The notes beneath the pieces were generated by a model that saw only the letters and a list, made by a program, of their open reading frames with translations, was not told the origin of the DNA and did not search any database. From assembly GCA_013265495.1 (NCBI GenBank), contig MU058824.1:2631111-2695110 (forward strand): a stretch of 64,000 nt of DNA, written 5' to 3'. Positions within the stretch are counted from its first letter, which is position 1. Every line of letters starts with the position of its first letter. The translations under genes were made by a program, and so were the position numbers. This document shows positions 36,851-47,839 of this stretch, piece by piece. The DNA comes from Vicugna vicugna (taxonomy: Eukaryota).

Positions 36851-39544
36851 TTTAATCAAGAAAGAAGGTGAATATTTAATATCTGGGCTTAGGCATCTGA
36901 GCTGGGGATTGGAATAAGTGCGAGAGATTCCAGGCTAGGGAAGCAGCATCTGAAAGGAGCAGGGGTGGAGAAGTGCAGTGTGGTTGGTGAATGGGGAGCA
37001 GTGACCAGTGGTGGCTGCTGGGAGCCCTAGTGGCAGATAGGGGGTGGTTTGGGACCACACCCCTAAATGCCATCAGAAGAGGCTGGACCTGATGCTGTGA
37101 GCAATGGGTCTGAATCTTAGTCTTCTGTTGTCAACTGGGTTATAAATGGGAATGAGAAAGGTCATCCAAAAGCCAGTGTTCAATCCCAAAGTTACTCACT
37201 TTCCACCTTAAACAAAAGAAGTGTGGTTTTTAGTCATGAGGGATTTTTTTTCTTCAAGTTTTAGGGTGAAATTAATCCTATGTTTTTAAAGAACATTGCC
37301 CTCCCCTCTCCCCCCGAGATGGATGACACGGGGAAAATTAATAAGAGCAAGCAAACTAGTCGACAGTGAACAGTCTCCCCTAATGAATTTCCCCATTTCC
37401 AGCCTCCACCAGAGCCTCTTGAACATTAAATCAGAGAATGATTATTATGTGATATTTTAATTAATTAAGGGAAACTAAAGTGCCCTGGTGTCTGCAGATG
37501 AATAATGAATTCAGAACGTGGGAGCCCATCACCCAGGGCAGAACTAGACACCAACATTTCCCCACGCTCGGCTCAGCGGGGCTGACTCCTCTCCTGGAGC
37601 ATGAACTTTTTTATGATCAGAGCTGCCTTGGAGTTCAGCCTTGACTGCTCCTATGTGTCCTTTCACTGTGGCTCTCTCTTCATTATCCTACATCTCTCCC
37701 ATGAAATTAGAGAGTGGTTGCTTGTCAGGGGAAGAGTAAAAATCGTTAGTACTAGGGAGTGGGGTGGTGGGGGGCAGGGACAGAAGCCTCTCATTTCCAT
37801 TCATAAATCCACCCACCACACACGTCTGCAGAGCACCTACTGTGCACCAGGCACTGCTGGGTGCTCAGGGACCTACTGTGGCTCACAGTTCCCAGAGTCA
37901 TGGCTCTGGCACAAAGATCTAGACTTGTCTCTGTGCTACTGGAGGTATGGTAGTCGTCCCTCGGGTACAATGGGCATTAGCTTTGGAGTTGGAAGACCCG
38001 GAACCTGCCATGGTCAGTGGGTCTGGGTTACTTCCCTCTACTCTTGGGGCCCCATTTCCTCATCAGTCTAGGGAGGTCAGCATCGCTGCCCTTTCCTGCT
38101 GCCCTGAGGATCCCATGAGCAAATGGACATGCACTGTCCACTCTCCAGGGCTGTGTGCCAGGTGGCAAGGGTGAAGGGAGACAGATCAGACATGCTGGGG
38201 GGTGGTCTGTGGGAAACAGTCTAGTGAGACAAAAAAATCTGACCCATTTCATTACACATACACGCTAACAAACAAGAGCTGCCACAGGGTGAGACTAAAG
38301 GAAGGGTGGGTGCTATGAGCTCACAGGGGCCAGAGGCGGCTTGATTGAGATGCTCAGATAAAGCATCCTGGAGGAGGTGGGTCCCTGGCAGGGTGCCAAG
38401 AAAATGGGCTGAATTTGGAGAGAAAGAAGGAGAAAGAGACAGCATGATCAAGGCTGGAAAGTAGGAATGAACAGCCCACAAGAGGATTAAACTCTAAAAG
38501 CATCTTTGTAAGAAAGACTGACTACCACGCTTACCTGCAAGGAGGTGCTGTGTGTGTCAGGGCAGGCGGCGAGCTGTCCTCCAAAACCTGAGGACAACAT
38601 GCAGGTGTTCCCATAACTACATTTCCCACCTCCATTTGCACCTTGGTTGGGTCAGGTGGTTTTGCCAATGGCCGTGAATGGAAGCAGGACATTCCACACC
38701 AAGGCCAGGGCTTTAAGAAGCAGCTGTGCCTTTTCCATACTTTCTTCCCCAATTACCTGGGGACCTGAGGTCTCTGAGGCTCCATGCAGGGGGTTTTCAC
38801 CCAGGCTGGTGGACCCCTAGGAATTCTATAGATGGATTCATGGAGTCTATGAGTTCCTGAAAGTGTGCAAAATTTTGTGTGGATGTGCATGTGTGCATTT
38901 TTTTCTGGTGAAAAAAAATTACCTTTCACTAGTGTCTCAAAGGAATACATAACACAAAAGTGATTTAGAACCACCGTGGATAGTGGAGCCACAAGATGGA
39001 ATCTCCACGTGGAGGAAAGGTGCTGACTGACCAGATACCGGCATTAGATTATTAGGTAAGCAAGAAACAAACCCTTGTGCTGAACCCCCGCAAACTTGGG
39101 GGTTTATTTGTTGTGGCAGCTAACATCATGCTGAAACACATGGGGAGAGTATTTGGCTGGGACCGAGAGACCTGTAATCCAGCCCATGCTCTGGCCCCAG
39201 AGTTCCATGGCCTTGGGCCGTTTACTTGGTCCACTCTGGTTTAAGTCAGTGGGGAGACTAGGGTTTCTCAATGGCCTTCGTAATGTGCCTTCTTGCTTTC
39301 CCTCCATCTTCCAACGCTGGGATTAATGTATAGATCACTGGGGGTGGGGGGTTAAGTGATGCTCTCAACCCACAGCAGGCCCCCCACAACCTTTCTCCAT
39401 AATAACCTTAATCATCCAATGGACTAAATGTTTCATTTACTTTGCTTATGGTCAGCCTTGCCCATCAGGGAAGATTTGTGGGACTTTAGTTCCTGCTGTA
39501 TCCTGAGCACCTGCGATTGTTCCTAGCACAAAGTCAGCTCAACA

Positions 39545-40140
39545 AAGGGTGCTGAATAAATGAATAAGTAAATAAACTCACCACCTTGCCCCAGACCTGC
39601 TCCTCCAGCTGGGCTCCCTTTCCCATTGGGGGCACCACCACCCACTTGGATACCCCAGCCAAGAACACGGGATCACCCTAACTTTCACTCTCCTCTTGTA
39701 GCAATCTGTCACCACGCCCCAAAGCCCACCTCCTGGCTCCCGGGATCTCCTATGCATTCTCACACCTGGTTCAGGTCAGCATCCCTGGCATAGGCAGCAG
39801 TGTCCTGACTGGCCTCTGACTCCAGGCTGGCCCTTCAACCTAACCTACACGTTGAAGCAGAGCCAGCCTTAGGAACCAAAATATGACCCCGTCACTTTCC
39901 TTTGAAGAACTTCACGGCTTCCCATGGCTGGACTCACAGGGGTACAGCCTCTTTACCATCCAGCCCCTGCCTCCTCCCAGGCCTCCCTTCCTCACACCAT
40001 TCCTCACTCCCTCTGTGCATTCTCACAGACTCCATGCCCTTCCCTCTCCCAGAAACACCCTTCCTGCATCCCTCTGCCTGGTTACCTCCTGCTCATCCTG
40101 CAGAATCCTGTGCTCCTCCCATTGGGCCTTTCCCTTGGAC
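39545..40140. mobile_element. LINE-2 fragments
   Basis: tgaataaatgaat L2 tail and pyrimidine-rich L2-like body. Confidence 0.55.
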
Positions 40141-40769
40141 TGAGCTGGGGGCAGTGGACAGAGTTGGAAGAACTGAGTTTGAGTCCTGGCTCAACTTCCT
40201 AGCTGAACATGGCTGGGCATCCATGTTTATTTACCAAGTGTGGAATGGTACTAATGAGTCCCCTGAGGGTAATCAGAAGCACTAAATGATAACGAACAAT
40301 ATTGCAGGTACCTTATTAATACTGTGGGTACTTAATATTTTTCTTTCTGTGGCTTCATGACTTCTTTACTTCTACTTATCACAGCACTTTTCACTTTGTT
40401 CTGTAAATATGCCCCTGCCAGACCATGAACCCCTGCAGGACAGAGATGGCCTCATTCAATTCTCTTTCCCTACAACCCGCTGAGAGCCTGTACTTCAGCC
40501 TTCAAATTAATTAACAAAGTGACCACCAGAGGTCAGCCTCACACGCAGAATAGAGCCAACTCAAACAAGTTCTTAAATGGCCTGCAACCTGGGATCTGAT
40601 CTGGAGAAGCAGAGTGATGGAGCAGCAGCCCCAGTGGACCCAGCGGAAAGACTGGGTATTTGGGCTCGTTCAGCATTGCTGTGGGCTCTTCAGGCTTTGG
40701 AGTTTGATTCGATATGCTCTTAGTTTGCCCCCACCCTTCCCCGTCTTCTGGACCCATTTCCAACATGTA

Positions 40770-41553
40770 TGTTGCTCAGGAAGCAGGGTTCCCCACCCCA
40801 ACAAGCAATTCTCAGACACCAGCAGGATGCAGACTTCTGCTCAACTCTGACACTATCTACGCGGAGACAGTGTCAGGTCCCACAGGTCAGGGGTCAGTCC
40901 TACAAGACTCTCTCCCCACCCCACCCACATCCCCCTCTCCAGATGCCAGTCACAAGTCCAGGTTGTCACCTGTGCTTCCACTGACAAAGCTCAGATTGGA
41001 GGTTCCCATGACCGCTTCCTTTCTTGGGTTCAGTTAATTTGCTACAGCAGCTATTGGAACTCAGGAAACATTTTACTTATTAGATTACCAGGTTATAATA
41101 AGAGGATGTAACTCAGGAACAGCCAGATGGACGAGGTGCATGGGGACAGGGTGCAGAGCTTCCACACTCTCTCCAAGTGCACCTCTCTCCCTGGAATCTC
41201 CACGTGTTCACCCACCAGGAAGCTCTCTGAACCCAGCCCTTTGGGTTTTTATGGAGGCTTCAGGACACAGACATGATTGATTAAATCATTAGCCACTGGC
41301 AGTTGATTGAACCTCTAGCCCCTCTCACCTCCTGGGAGGACATGGGGGTGGGACTGAATCCTCCTACCCTCTAATTTCAAAGTTGGTTCTCATGGCAGTA
41401 AGCCCTCATCCTTAGACCCCCAAAATCACATCATTAATGTAACAAAAGATACCTTTATCACTCTTGTCACTTAGGAAATTCCAAGAGTTTTAGGAGCTCT
41501 GCCAGAATCAGGTGAAGACCGAATATATACTTATTATAAATCACAATATCACA
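40770..41553 (-). mobile_element. Solo LTR, MER21-like
   Basis: Ends ...ttattataaatcacaatatcaca (reverse complement of the MER21-type start); caactctgacactatctac, ggtttttatggaggcttca motifs. Confidence 0.8.
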
Positions 41554-42929
41554 TCCCTTTCCGGCCCATAGTGTAGGCACCTGGGAAGTAACTCCAAATG
41601 AGCTGCGTACAAAACCTCTCAGCTTCCATTTCCGCATGTGAAGAAAAGGGTAAAACCCCACTGCCTACTTGATAGGATTGTTGTAAGGCTTCAATGACAT
41701 GTAAGGCACAGTGATTGACAAACTAAGCACTGGGTGTAAGTCTGCTGAATGGGGAGGGGGGCAAACTGCAACATCTATCACCAAGTGAAGTCGTACAGGC
41801 ACTACACTTAATAATGATGCCCGATTCAGCCTCCCTGCTCACACCTGCCTGCATTCAGAGCGATGGTAATGATTACAGAGGGGTTGCGGGGCTGAGCTGA
41901 TTGGGAATCTGACCTGTCTGACTCCTCAATCTCAGAATTTCAGGGATTGAAATGAGGGAGGCAGAGATCGTCCTTTCCCAGTCCCACCCGGCACTGGGAG
42001 ACCCTCTACAAAATTCCTCTTTGATTTAGAAGTACTGAGAAGCCAATGAGGAATGGATCTGTTTAAAAAATGGGATATTATTTGTTAATCATTAGAGATC
42101 CCATCCACCCATCCACCCACTCACTCCTTGCCCGCTTCATGAGAAACTTGCACTATTGTCCAAAGTGCCAATAGCCTCCAAGGAAGATAGATGGAAAGTG
42201 CACTCTGAGGGACAGTTAGTCACCACAGCCCTCGGCAAATGGTTAGAAAGGAGGTCCTGGGAAGGGGCGATGAGGGAACCAAACAGACCTTGAATCCTCA
42301 GAAAGCAGTTTCAAGCGAAATCCGCGGTGAGGTATTGACCAAACAGTCTCGATGCCTAGGTGAGATCAGGATGTTAAAGAGATGACGCTGGTGTCATTGA
42401 CAAGACCTAAAAGTATGGTGAGTTATGAGAACACGGTCTAGAAAGATGGATGACAAGGAGAGAGTGGCTCAGCTCTGTTTCTGGATCATGGTCTGGCTGG
42501 CTTGGATTCAGTCCCATCAGTTGGGGACTAGAGTTGTAAGACTAGTAGCAAACATACTGAATTCTCAGGTTTTAAACTCCGAAAACCCTAGCAAGTCTGG
42601 ATGGCCCTGATGCTAAGCATAGCTTGAGGGGAGGTGTGTTTTGGTGGGGGTTGGAGGGACAACGCCAGTAGGAGCCTTGAAATGACCTGAAATGGACTCG
42701 CTCTGGGTAGGACCCAGCACACACTTTTCTCTGTGAGTCTTAACATTGCACTTTGTCACCCAGCCAAGGGAAAACAAAATCAAAACTAGAAACATCATGG
42801 AAGGGACTTCTGCACCCGGCTAGGGGCTAACTGGAGGACAATCAGGGTCCCTTCCATCCCCAGGACTCTAAAATGTTCAGCTGCAAGAGAATATGGATAC
42901 AAAATTGATTTGCAAACATGATGTGTGAG

Positions 42930-43420
42930 GTTATTTTATTTTAACTGAAATTAATTCACATAGCATAAAATTCACCCTTTTAAACATTTTTTATTGAGTT
43001 ATAGTCATTTTACAATGTTGTGTCACCCTTTTTAAAGTGTGTAATTCAGTGCATTTTAGTATGTTCACAAAGTTGTATAACCATCACCACTAATTCCAGA
43101 ACATTTCAAAACCTCCCCCAAAGAAATCCCATACCCATTAGCAGTTACTCCCCATTCCCTCCTCCTCTAGCCCCTGGCAACCACTAATATACTTTCTGTC
43201 TCTATGGATTTGCCTATTCTGGATATTTCATATAAATGGAATCACACAATATGTGGCCTTGTATGTCTGGCTTCTTTCACTTGGCATAATGGTTTCAAGG
43301 TTCATCCATGTTGTAGCACGTGTCGGTACTTCTTTCCTTTTTAAGGCTGAACAGTACAAGAAATATTCCATGAAAACATTTTGTTTATCCACTCATTAGT
43401 TGATGGACATTAGGGCTGTC
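42930..43420 (-). mobile_element. Old L1M (L1MB-like) 3' end carrying a nested micro-insertion at about 42982-43022
   Basis: aaattcacccttttaaagtgt..aattcagtg, ctagcccctggcaaccactaat, tctatggatttgcctattctgga motifs. Confidence 0.85.
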
Positions 43421-43997
43421 TGAGCTTGCTTTAAAGGAATGGTTATGTAAATGCATTCTCTCTTCACCCCTTCCCTCGAATTAAGCAAAATCAGTAGCAA
43501 TGCAAGCAAGCAAACCAGCCAGCAACTGGTACTTGGAAAAGCACCCTTGATTTTTAGGGTACATCACTGAAGAATGGGGCCAAAATTATGTGGCCTACTT
43601 TAAAACTCCTAGTGCCTTCCAATCCCACGTCTGTGATACCCTCTAAGACATCAGTGAAGACTTCCACCGGGAAGTCCTTGGATCAGCAGGAAGAACTTAA
43701 AGCCATTGTCCAGATCAGTGGTTTTTAATCTGTCTTCCAGAGACTCCTAAGGTTTCATGGAAGTAACACAGGGCCACCAACGGGGCTGGGGTGCAGATGG
43801 ATTCCACTCTGAGCCCAACCCCTACCCCTGCTTTAACTAGAGCAGCTCCCATTTTAATTGCTTTATTTGTTGAGGTTTCCTCTAAGAGTTCATTTAGGAC
43901 AAATAAAGGGGGTCCATGGCTGAAAACCTGTTTGGCAACCACAGGCAGGTGGTTGCAGCATCCTTGGACAAAAGCTGGGTCTCCTTGGTAGACATTC

Positions 43998-45524
43998 TTA
44001 GAGTTCTTCTAAGGAACTTTGATGGCAACTGTCTTCACCTCTGTGTAGGCCTTAAGCCCATCCTCCCCCAGCTCCCTCCCATTGCCAGATTCCTTAAAGC
44101 CTCCGAATGGCACGTGGCAGGTGACAATGTTGTCGGTGTTTACCCACACTGTCCCAGCTTGGAATGCCTGTGTGAAGTACATGGCTTTATCCCAGTCCTG
44201 GGTAAACACTGCGGCAGCCAAGCCATACTTGGTGTTGTTGGCCCTCTCAATCACCTCCTCAATCTTCTTGAACTTGAACAGGGGCTGCACAGGCCTGAAG
44301 ATCTCTTCCTCGGTAATCCTCATGTCATCCTGCACACCACCAAAGACCGTGGGCTTGATGAAGAAGCTGCGCTCTCTGAAACGCTCCCCGCCGCAGAGCA
44401 GTTTTGCCCCCTCCTTCTGGCCAAGTTGGATGTAGCCCAGGATTCGTTCAAACTGCTTCTTATCCACCTGGGGTCCCTGCTGGACGTCCAGCTCAAAGGA
44501 GTTCCCGACTTTCCTCTGCTTAGCTTTCTCCACGGTTCTCTCGAGAAACTTGTCATAGATGGATTCCTCCATGAAGGTCCAGGAACCTGCACAGCAGCAA
44601 TGTCCCATGTTGAAGAACAGGGCTTTGTGGCACTGCTGCATGGCATGGTCCATGTCGGCATCGGCCAACTTGATGCTGGGGCTCTTCCCACCCAGCTCCA
44701 GGGTGATTCTCTTGAGGTTGGAATCACCAGTGGCTTTCTGGACCAGGTGGCCCACCTTGGTGGAGCTGGTGAAGGCAACTTTGTCAACATCCACATGCTG
44801 GGTGATGGCCACTCCTGCTGTCAGGCCGTAGCCTGTGATGATGTTCACCACCCTAGGGGGAAAGCCTGCCTCTTTGATGAGGGAGGCCAAGTACAGGACA
44901 GAAAGCAGGATCTGCTCTGCGACTTTCATGACCACAATGTTGCCCATGGCAATTGCCGGGGTGAGCTTCCAGCCCTGCATGAACAAGGGGAAGTTCCATG
45001 GGATTATCTGGCCACAGGCGCCAATGGGCTCATGCTCGGTGAAGCAGAAATGCTCGCAGTCCATGGGAATGGTCTTGCCATGCCACTTGTCCGCCCAGCC
45101 GGCAAAGTACCGTTAAACCTTGATGACCTCATCCAGGTCCAAGACATAAGATTCCTGGAAAGGCTTCCCACTGTCCAGGGTCTCCAGTGAGGCCAAGTAG
45201 ACACTATCCCGCTTCACGAGGTTGACCAGGTTGTTCAGTAGCTGACCCCGCTCTGAAGTATCCATCCAGCGCCATGGAGACCCTAGGCAGAAAGCCTCGC
45301 GGGCTGCTTTCACTGCCCGATCCACATCAACCTGGTCCCCTTCAGCCACGTGGCCAATGACCTCCCTGGTGGTGGGGCTGACTGCCGGGAAGGTCTTCTT
45401 GCTGACTGCATCTTGCCACTCAGGTTGTAGTGAATGTGGAGGTTCAGAATGGGGCTTGGGAGGGCTGCTGCTGAGGAGTACAGGGTGGTCAGGACGCGCA
45501 GCCAGGGCACCAGAAGCGCAGCAT
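43998..45524 (-). pseudogene. ALDH1B1: Mitochondrial aldehyde dehydrogenase X, single coding exon, disabled
   Basis: MLRF start at 45524, [39 protein letters not shown], FFNMGx[21 protein letters not shown]. Lesions: 1-bp loss after codon 4 (ATG frame stops at TGA 45489-45491), about 16-bp loss near 45422, in-frame TAA at 45113-45115, TAG at 44009-44011. Intronless CDS, convergent with IGFBPL1 as in other mammals. Confidence 0.93.
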
Positions 45525-45699
45525 GCTTTGTGCTCTGGAGCAGGACAGCAGCCAGAGTGAACAGCAGAAGGGAACAAGGGCCCCCAAAGGCCCACCAGCT
45601 CAGACGTCCCAAGATTCTAGCATAAAAGTATGTCACCTCTGGAAACGTGGGTAGAAAGGGGTACAAAGGCCAGGAAGAGCTCTCTAGTCCAACTGTCAC

Positions 45700-46035
45700 G
45701 TCCGATCTATCCTCCAGCTCACTCCCTCACCTCTTCTGGGTCTTTGCTCAAGTGTCACCTTTTAAGTAAGTCCTTCCCTGACCATCCTTTATAAAATTGC
45801 AACATTCCTCACTCCATCACTCTCTATTCCCCACACCACGCCTTATTTTTTCTCATCTGACCCACCAAAGAGTAGGTGTACACACTTCTATGTACACACT
45901 CATTGTCTGCCTCCCCCTAATAAAACGTTAGCTCCATGAGGGTAGGGACTTTTGTCCTATTTCATTCATTGCAATGTCCCTGATGCCTGGAATTATGCCT
46001 AAGAAAGAGCAGCTGCTCAAAAGACAGTTATTAAA
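45700..46035. mobile_element. LINE-2 (L2a-like) 3' end in ALDH1B1 intron
   Basis: tttgctcaagtgtcacctt...ccttccctgaccatcctt...agctccatgagggtagggacttttgtc...tgctcaa. Confidence 0.75.
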
Positions 46036-46460
46036 TGGCATACTGAAGAAACATCGACATATCCACTAAGGCTGTTTAATTGATCTGAGTGGAGTAGACT
46101 CAAACAGACTCAGGGACAGGTTGGTCTCTGAGAGAGGCTTCCTTCACTTGACCTCTGAGCCTGTTTCCTCACATGTGAAATGCCACATAGGGCTAAAGCT
46201 GAGTGAGGTGGTGCATATAAAAAGCTTAGCACATGCCACCTAGGCCATCAGAGCTGGCAGTATACGCAGACCCCTCAGGCTTCCTGGTCTCAGCTTCCTA
46301 GGAGTGCAGCGAGACCCCCAGCTGGAAAACAGGCTCTGTTTACTGTTGCCTGCAAGTCTGAAAATAGTATAGACTTTACTAAAACAACAATTATAAAATT
46401 TAAACAGTCTGTAAAATTTATTCAATGAAATTTAAATGGTGTATAAAGTTCCTAGATTCG

Positions 46461-46560
46461 GTACATATATCAAATCATTATGTTGTACACCTAAAATTAA
46501 TATAATGCTACATGTCAATTACATCTCAATAAAAAGAAAGAAAGAAAAATGAAAAAAAAA
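46461..46560 (+). mobile_element. 100-bp LINE-1 3'-terminal insertion with perfect 18-bp TSD
   Basis: TSD ATAAAGTTCCTAGATTCG at 46443-46460 and 46561-46578; caaatcattatgttgtacacc...catctcAATAAA plus A-rich tail. Confidence 0.93.
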
Positions 46561-47288
46561 ATAAAGTTCCTAGATTCGTTGAAGTTACTCTCCAGCCAGG
46601 ACATCAATCTCTCCACCTTTGCTGTCTCTCCTGAGCCCTGCCTCACCCAGCAGCAAAAGGGAATTGCACCTGCCCTACCCTCACCCCCAGCACCCCAACC
46701 ATTCACCACCGGGCTGGGAGAGGATCAAAGAACTCATCCAGGAAAGCAAGGCCCAGGCCAGGTCCCCTGCCCTACACCAATCAATGCTGCCCCAGAAGCT
46801 GTCCGTTGGAAGGAAGCTGAGACAGCAGATCTGTCAGGGGTACACGCAGGGCCCACTTTGCTCGGGGGCAGAAGGAGCCTTGGATCCAACAGGCCTGGGT
46901 CTGAGGAGGGAGGGGTCCCAGGAGAGGTGGGAGTTGGAGGCTAGACAAGGCGGGAGGGGTGGTCACAGACCCAAGCTGGCAAGTCTTTCATGCCCAGCCA
47001 AGGCTGTTCCTACTTTAGGGGACCTACGTGGGGTCTGCACTGGCACCTCCACCTGCATATGGGAAGAGCACTGCTCACAGTACACCATGCTTTACAGTTT
47101 GCAGGTCAGCATCTCAGCAGTTAACTCATCGAGCCTCCCAACAGCGCCCCACCCCAAGGGAGGGGGTATTCTGGGCAGATAATGATTCCCATTCTGAAAG
47201 AAGGATAGAGATCAGAGAGGTTCAGGGGCTCAGTGAAGACACACAGCAAGTAAGAATAGGAGCCTCAGCCTGATTCCCACAGCCCCAG

Positions 47289-47717
47289 TGTAATAGAAAA
47301 GAACAAATCTGACTCCATATTAGATCTGTTCCTTTGGCTTTAACCCTGTGCCCTGTTTTCTAGGCTTAGTCTTGCTAGCTCTGCACTCAAGTAAAGATAA
47401 ATTGCAGAATAGAGAATAACATTTGTTTTGTTGGAGGTTTTGCAGGAGCACATGAGCTGGCCCACGTGAAAAGCTGCAAGAACAAAGAATTCCTACAGCA
47501 AGAAGTTTACACCAAGCCAACTACACCCCCTTCCCTTTTCTTGTATAAAAAGAGCCTGTATTGTGACTTGAGTAAGATGGTTCTCCAAGGCATTAGACTG
47601 CCATTCTCTTGATCTGCTGGCTTTCCAAATAAAGTCACTATTCCTTGCCCCAACACCTGGTCTCCGGATTTATTGGCCTATCGAGCAGCGAGCAGAACAA
47701 GTTTGGACTCGTTAATA
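47289..47717 (+). mobile_element. ERV1-type solo LTR in ALDH1B1 intron, antisense to the gene
   Basis: TGTAA start, TATAAAA 47544-47550, AATAAA 47628-47633, ...ggactcgttaata end; near-TSD CCAG/CTAG. Confidence 0.8.
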
Positions 47718-47839
47718 CTAGCTTTGTGTTTCCTCCCTACTATGGGCATTTTCTTACGGTTCCCTGTATTGGCGCCCACTGTGCCATGGACCAAACCTTC
47801 TGGGTCATCGAGGACCAGGTAGTGCCCAACTCACCCATC

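Noticed and set aside
43916..45190. 424-aa plus-strand ORF, the longest in the window
   Set aside because: Exactly codon-registered antisense to ALDH1B1; antisense stops need sense TTA/CTA/TCA codons, which are rare in GC3-rich genes. No recognisable domain or promoter, so it is a shadow ORF.
43998..45524. Processed ALDH2 or ALDH1B1 retro-pseudogene interpretation
   Set aside because: ALDH1B1-type residues, a retained upstream intron/exon/promoter, native synteny and no poly(A)/TSD flanks indicate the parental locus.
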